A DNA stretch of 64,000 nucleotides, taken from Paracoccaceae bacterium (GTDB taxonomy: Bacteria; Pseudomonadota; Alphaproteobacteria; Rhodobacterales; Rhodobacteraceae). The DNA lies in contig JABDLJ010000012.1 in assembly GCA_013003075.1 (NCBI GenBank), positions 1,956 to 65,955 of the forward strand. Reading direction: 5' to 3'. Of this stretch, positions 60,910-64,000 are shown piece by piece; the first letter of the stretch is position 1, and each line of letters opens with the position of its first letter. The notes under the pieces are model-generated. The model had not been told where the DNA came from, searched no databases, and saw nothing but the letters and a program-made list of their open reading frames with translations. A program made the position numbers and the translations under genes.

Positions 60910-61524
60910 TTACGTGAAGATGCGGCCCAACTCGCCCGCGGCGATTAGATTTGCATACTTCTGCTGCATATCGAAGAGATTAGCTTCGTGTGGGCCCGCA
61001 GCACGGTCCCCCACGCAATCAGAGATCACCGTAGGCCGGAAATTGGCGCTAATTGCGTCAACGACCGTTGCGCGAACGCATCCGCTCGTGGTTGCTCCCA
61101 CAACTGCTACCGAGTCCACGTTATGGCTACGCAAAATCGAACCAAGATTGGTGTCGAAAAAGACCGATGGCTGCGTCTTGCGGATAATGATCTCACCTTC
61201 GCGAGGCCTCAGTATGTCGATCACATGGCTGGCCGGGTTGTTTTCCGTCAATTCACCAAGCCTTGGTGCCTTTTCGCACCAGACACCCGCGTCAGACCCG
61301 TCATCAGCGTAAACGATGCGCGAAAACACGATCGGCAACTCTCGATCCCGAAATGCATCGAGGACAGGAACCGTCGCTTCGGCGGCTTCCAGCGTGTTTC
61401 CGCCACCAAAGATGTTTGGATCGATGAAGCCGTTGACAAAGTCGACAACGATTAGAGCAGTTCGACGTCCCTTGCCGATCAATCCGCCCATCTGCTGTTT
61501 ACGGTAAATATCCGTTTCGTCCAT
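60910..61524 (-). CDS. Isochorismatase-family cysteine hydrolase (N-carbamoylsarcosine amidase-like)
   Basis: ATG 61524 is preceded by a strong AAGGAGG RBS (5-nt spacer). It has the RTALIVVDFVNGF beta-strand/Asp motif and a catalytic Cys in VVGATTSGCVRATVVDA. GC is lower than in core genes. Confidence 0.82.
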   Translation of the reverse strand: MDETDIYRKQQMGGLIGKGRRTALIVVDFVNGFIDPNIFGGGNTLEAAEATVPVLDAFRDRELPIVFSRIVYADDGSDAGVWCEKAPRLGELTENNPASHVIDILRPREGEIIIRKTQPSVFFDTNLGSILRSHNVDSVAVVGATTSGCVRATVVDAISANFRPTVISDCVGDRAAGPHEANLFDMQQKYANLIAAGELGRIFT

Positions 61525-61686
61525 CGTGACCTCCTTGAACGGAAGCCTATCCGGAAGGGAATTCAATATCTATCGACGACTGCTTCGTCCGCTTAGCGGT
61601 CGCTGTATAGAGATCAACCTATGTTGCCTTCGAGTCCAAAGAGCACGCACGGTTCGGATATAGCCTCGTTAGAAATACAACGGGTT

Positions 61687-62709
61687 TTAACCAACGCTGA
61701 GAAGAAGCCGGACCAGAGCCGTTTGCGAACTGACGCCGGTCTTTTCGTAGATCCGCTTCAGATGGGTGCGCGCGGTGTTGATACTGATCCCCAGCGACAC
61801 TGCAGCGTCTGTGAGGCTTTCGCCCGACGCGATCCGCGCCGCGAGCGCCATCTGCCCTGGGGACAGGGCGAAAATCGCCTGTGACGCAGCCAATCTGCGT
61901 TTCAGATCCGTGGTGGGGTCGATATCGACATAAGTCACCCCGTCCATCACCAGCAGCGAGCAGACCATTGCCGCTCCGTTCTCGTCTTCTCCCATAACAA
62001 CCGGCGTGCGGAACGGCGCGCCGGTTTCGTCGAAGAAGTCCCTGTGCTGGAAAAAACCGTGCAGCGCGCCCGCCCGGGCGAGCGTTGCCTGAAGCACCTT
62101 GTCCCAGTCACGGCGCCGCGCACGAAGCCGACCATGGGAAATCGTCAGCGCAGGGTGGCTGCGAAGGGCATCGGCGGCAGCGGGCCCCGACCAGAGCAGA
62201 TGCCCGCTCCCGTCAACTGCGATCCGGTCCGGCGCGCCTTGTGTTTCACGCAGATGGGCAAACGAAGCATAGACGATACGCCAGCCCTCTGATGTCCGCT
62301 CGGCGACGGTGGTCTCGATGCTGTTCACCTCACTCCCAGTGTCGGACCGCATCCAGCCATCATAAACGACCCAGGCGATGTCGCAGTTGATCATGATCTG
62401 CATATTTTCCTGACGGAAATCAGTCATTCCGCACGGCGTTCGGCCGGGCGCCATGGCCTCAAGCATATCGTCTCGGATGGCCTCCCAGCCGCGAAGAACC
62501 GTGACGCCCATTCCCGGCGTGACACTGACGCTGCACGTGCGCGGAGCATGCACATAACAGGCCGCCCAGCCGTCGAAATCCAGATTGCGAAAGCTCGTTG
62601 TTTCGCGGTGGATCAACGCTGCGATAGCCGCGTGGTCGTCTGCAGCAAGCTCGTCTGAATGGCGGAGCGTGTCGGGCATTGGCGCGACTTTCGATAGCTG
62701 TGACCTCAT
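61687..62709 (-). CDS. LuxR-family transcriptional regulator with an N-terminal NTF2-like (SnoaL/DUF4440-type) domain
   Basis: The C-terminal HTH is LSPGQMALAARIASGESLTDAAVSLGISINTARTHLKRIYEKTGV. The N-terminal ~130 aa fit the NTF2-like pattern (AAIAALIHRETTSF...EGWRIVYASFAHL). The start is uncertain: ATG 62709 lies 1 nt after the upstream ORF stop; alternatives are TTG 62736 or ATG 62679. Confidence 0.8.
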   Translation of the reverse strand: MRSQLSKVAPMPDTLRHSDELAADDHAAIAALIHRETTSFRNLDFDGWAACYVHAPRTCSVSVTPGMGVTVLRGWEAIRDDMLEAMAPGRTPCGMTDFRQENMQIMINCDIAWVVYDGWMRSDTGSEVNSIETTVAERTSEGWRIVYASFAHLRETQGAPDRIAVDGSGHLLWSGPAAADALRSHPALTISHGRLRARRRDWDKVLQATLARAGALHGFFQHRDFFDETGAPFRTPVVMGEDENGAAMVCSLLVMDGVTYVDIDPTTDLKRRLAASQAIFALSPGQMALAARIASGESLTDAAVSLGISINTARTHLKRIYEKTGVSSQTALVRLLLSVG

Positions 62710-62710
62710 C

Positions 62711-62932
62711 CTACGTCCGCTGCAGGGCCAAAGCAATTTTCAATGCCACAACGACTTTCCGCATCAGGAGGTCGCGACCTGCACGCAAGGACGCAAAGGT
62801 TGCTTTGACGGCCTTGCGGCACGTGTGAAACCCAGCGAAGGCATACGCACTGTAGAAGGCGTCGACATCCTCCGCTTCAGACTTGCGGGAAGTGGATATC
62901 CGCTGTGCGGCGATGCAATGAATATGGTCCAT
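62711..62932 (-). CDS. Hypothetical 73-aa protein immediately upstream of the LuxR-type gene
   Basis: ATG 62932 has an AAAGGAA RBS about 8 nt upstream. Its TAG stop lies 1 nt before the regulator ATG. The composition is helical and I recognise no family. Confidence 0.45.
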   Translation of the reverse strand: MDHIHCIAAQRISTSRKSEAEDVDAFYSAYAFAGFHTCRKAVKATFASLRAGRDLLMRKVVVALKIALALQRT

Positions 62933-63569
62933 GGCGTGGTTCCTTTCCGGAATTGGCTGCTGTGATGACTTGAGCTTACAGCCCGCCCCAAGACCCCCTT
63001 GTCACCCGGATCGACCACATCGGAAGAAATTCAGAGAAGGAGACCAGAGCCGTTCGGTGTGATGGTAGCTTTGGAATAGGCCCGGATCATTTCAGGTCCT
63101 TAAATGACAGGTAAGTCCGCCGAGCGGTCTTTGCCCCTCTTTTGGCCAAAGTCCGGTGTCTGAAGAAAGCGGGCGTTAGCTGCCTTGGCCGCACATAGGT
63201 CCCGACCTTAGGCGGCGGCATCCATAGATGCCGTGCGCGCGTTCATGGCGACTGAGAAACGATCATATCCAGCACTGCCGTCGCCTCCCTCAGCGTCTTG
63301 CTAACACTCCTCAGAGTCGCACTGAAGCTCACTTCGTGCATCTAACCTAGGCGGTAACGCCAGAACCCCAGATGGCCGCTCAGCGACTCGCTCAAGGCTT
63401 CTATGGGTCGGTTGGCGCCCAGCCCTATTGCGAACTGCATAGGCGGAACAGGTCATGCTGTCTTTGGCTAAGGCGATTCTCCGCGGTTTGTCTTGAAACA
63501 GTTGCAAAGCGAGAAAAGCCCGACAAGAATGCACTTTCGGGGTACAACGTAGTGAACAAAGGACAGGTC

Positions 63570-63971
63570 ATGGCTTTCAAGGACTTCATGAAGCGCACCG
63601 TCGCAGTTGGCATCGCAGCACAGCTTTTGGTTGCAACGCAGTACGGTACCATGGCGCAGGCCCAAATGATCAGCACCGACACCGCGATCAACGGCCATGT
63701 TGTCGACACCAGCCGGGCGGCCTTGCTTCAGGAACTTCAGCGCGCTGAAATCCGCGATGAGCTTGTGCGTCAAGGCATTGATCCTGCCGAAGTCGAAGCG
63801 CGTCTTTCCGCCCTTTCCGACGCCGAGATCCAGCAGACGCTTTCGCAGATGGAAGACGGCAGTTCGGGCGCTGGCATTGTGGGCACCCTTGGTGCGATCT
63901 TCATCATACTGCTGATAACCGACATCCTGTGCCTGACCCGCCTTTTCAACTTCACACGGTGCGTACGCTAA
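63570..63971 (+). CDS. PA2779-family small protein (signal peptide plus C-terminal TM helix)
   Basis: Start at ATG 63570 (MAFKDFMKRTVAVGIAAQLLVATQYGTMAQA). A central segment reads LQRAEIRDELVRQGIDPAEVEARLSALSDAEIQ, followed by a Gly-rich stretch. The C-terminus is IVGTLGAIFIILLITDILCLTRLFNFTR. This matches my memory of the family named after P. aeruginosa PA2779. Confidence 0.7.
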   Translation: MAFKDFMKRTVAVGIAAQLLVATQYGTMAQAQMISTDTAINGHVVDTSRAALLQELQRAEIRDELVRQGIDPAEVEARLSALSDAEIQQTLSQMEDGSSGAGIVGTLGAIFIILLITDILCLTRLFNFTRCVR

Positions 63972-64000
63972 TCACTGCGGTTCGGGCGGCGGTATTGTTC

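Noticed and set aside
1-64000. CRISPR arrays, tandem repeats, IS elements, prophage genes, restriction-modification or other defence modules
   Set aside because: I saw no regularly spaced repeats, no transposase- or integrase-like ORFs, and no nuclease, helicase or methylase gene clusters. Apart from the three stretches listed in the findings, the window looks like ordinary core genome.

Overview
GC-rich (about 60-65% by eye) chromosomal segment with the gene content and synteny of an alphaproteobacterium, Rhodobacterales/Paracoccaceae-like. I call about 63 protein genes, one tRNA, one SRP RNA and one riboswitch. Packing is very tight, with many ATGA/TGATG start-stop overlaps. Left to right: (1) the cbb3 oxidase locus ccoNOQP plus ccoGHI (ccoI is cut by the window edge), with FNR-type boxes, a tandem USP gene and fnrL. 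(2) hemC, hemE and hemF, interrupted by two coupled genes of unknown function. (3) Housekeeping genes: an SDR, an rRNA-methyltransferase-like gene, clpS, a HAD hydrolase and a DD-carboxypeptidase with a SPOR domain. (4) A yejABEF-like peptide ABC importer and a membrane-anchored cytochrome c. (5) pheA, nudC and a Tat-exported CpdB-like nucleotidase. (6) A small patch of unknown genes and an acyltransferase. (7) The classical ffs-dnaX-ybaB-recR block. (8) A TrcR-like gene, RNase T2, rlmN, an IalB-like gene, asparaginase, serB, ade-amn, HU, a DMT transporter, ccdA plus a thioredoxin-like gene, and aroC. (9) A TPP riboswitch followed by thiBPQ. (10) petABC (cytochrome bc1), a GST, mtaB and dapF. 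(11) tRNA-Lys(UUU), followed by a lower-GC accessory segment that runs to the window end. That segment holds an isochorismatase-like hydrolase, a LuxR regulator with an NTF2-like N-terminal domain coupled to a 73-aa ORF, and a PA2779-family protein. I see no CRISPR array, transposase, integrase, phage gene or recognisable defence system. Most of the window is ordinary core genome. The candidates for something new are the tRNA-Lys-flanked segment (cut off by the window end), the unknown gene pair inside the heme cluster, and a few regulatory sequence features listed under findings. All coordinates and motifs come from reading the sequence and ORF track. Family assignments are from memory of conserved motifs, not from searches.
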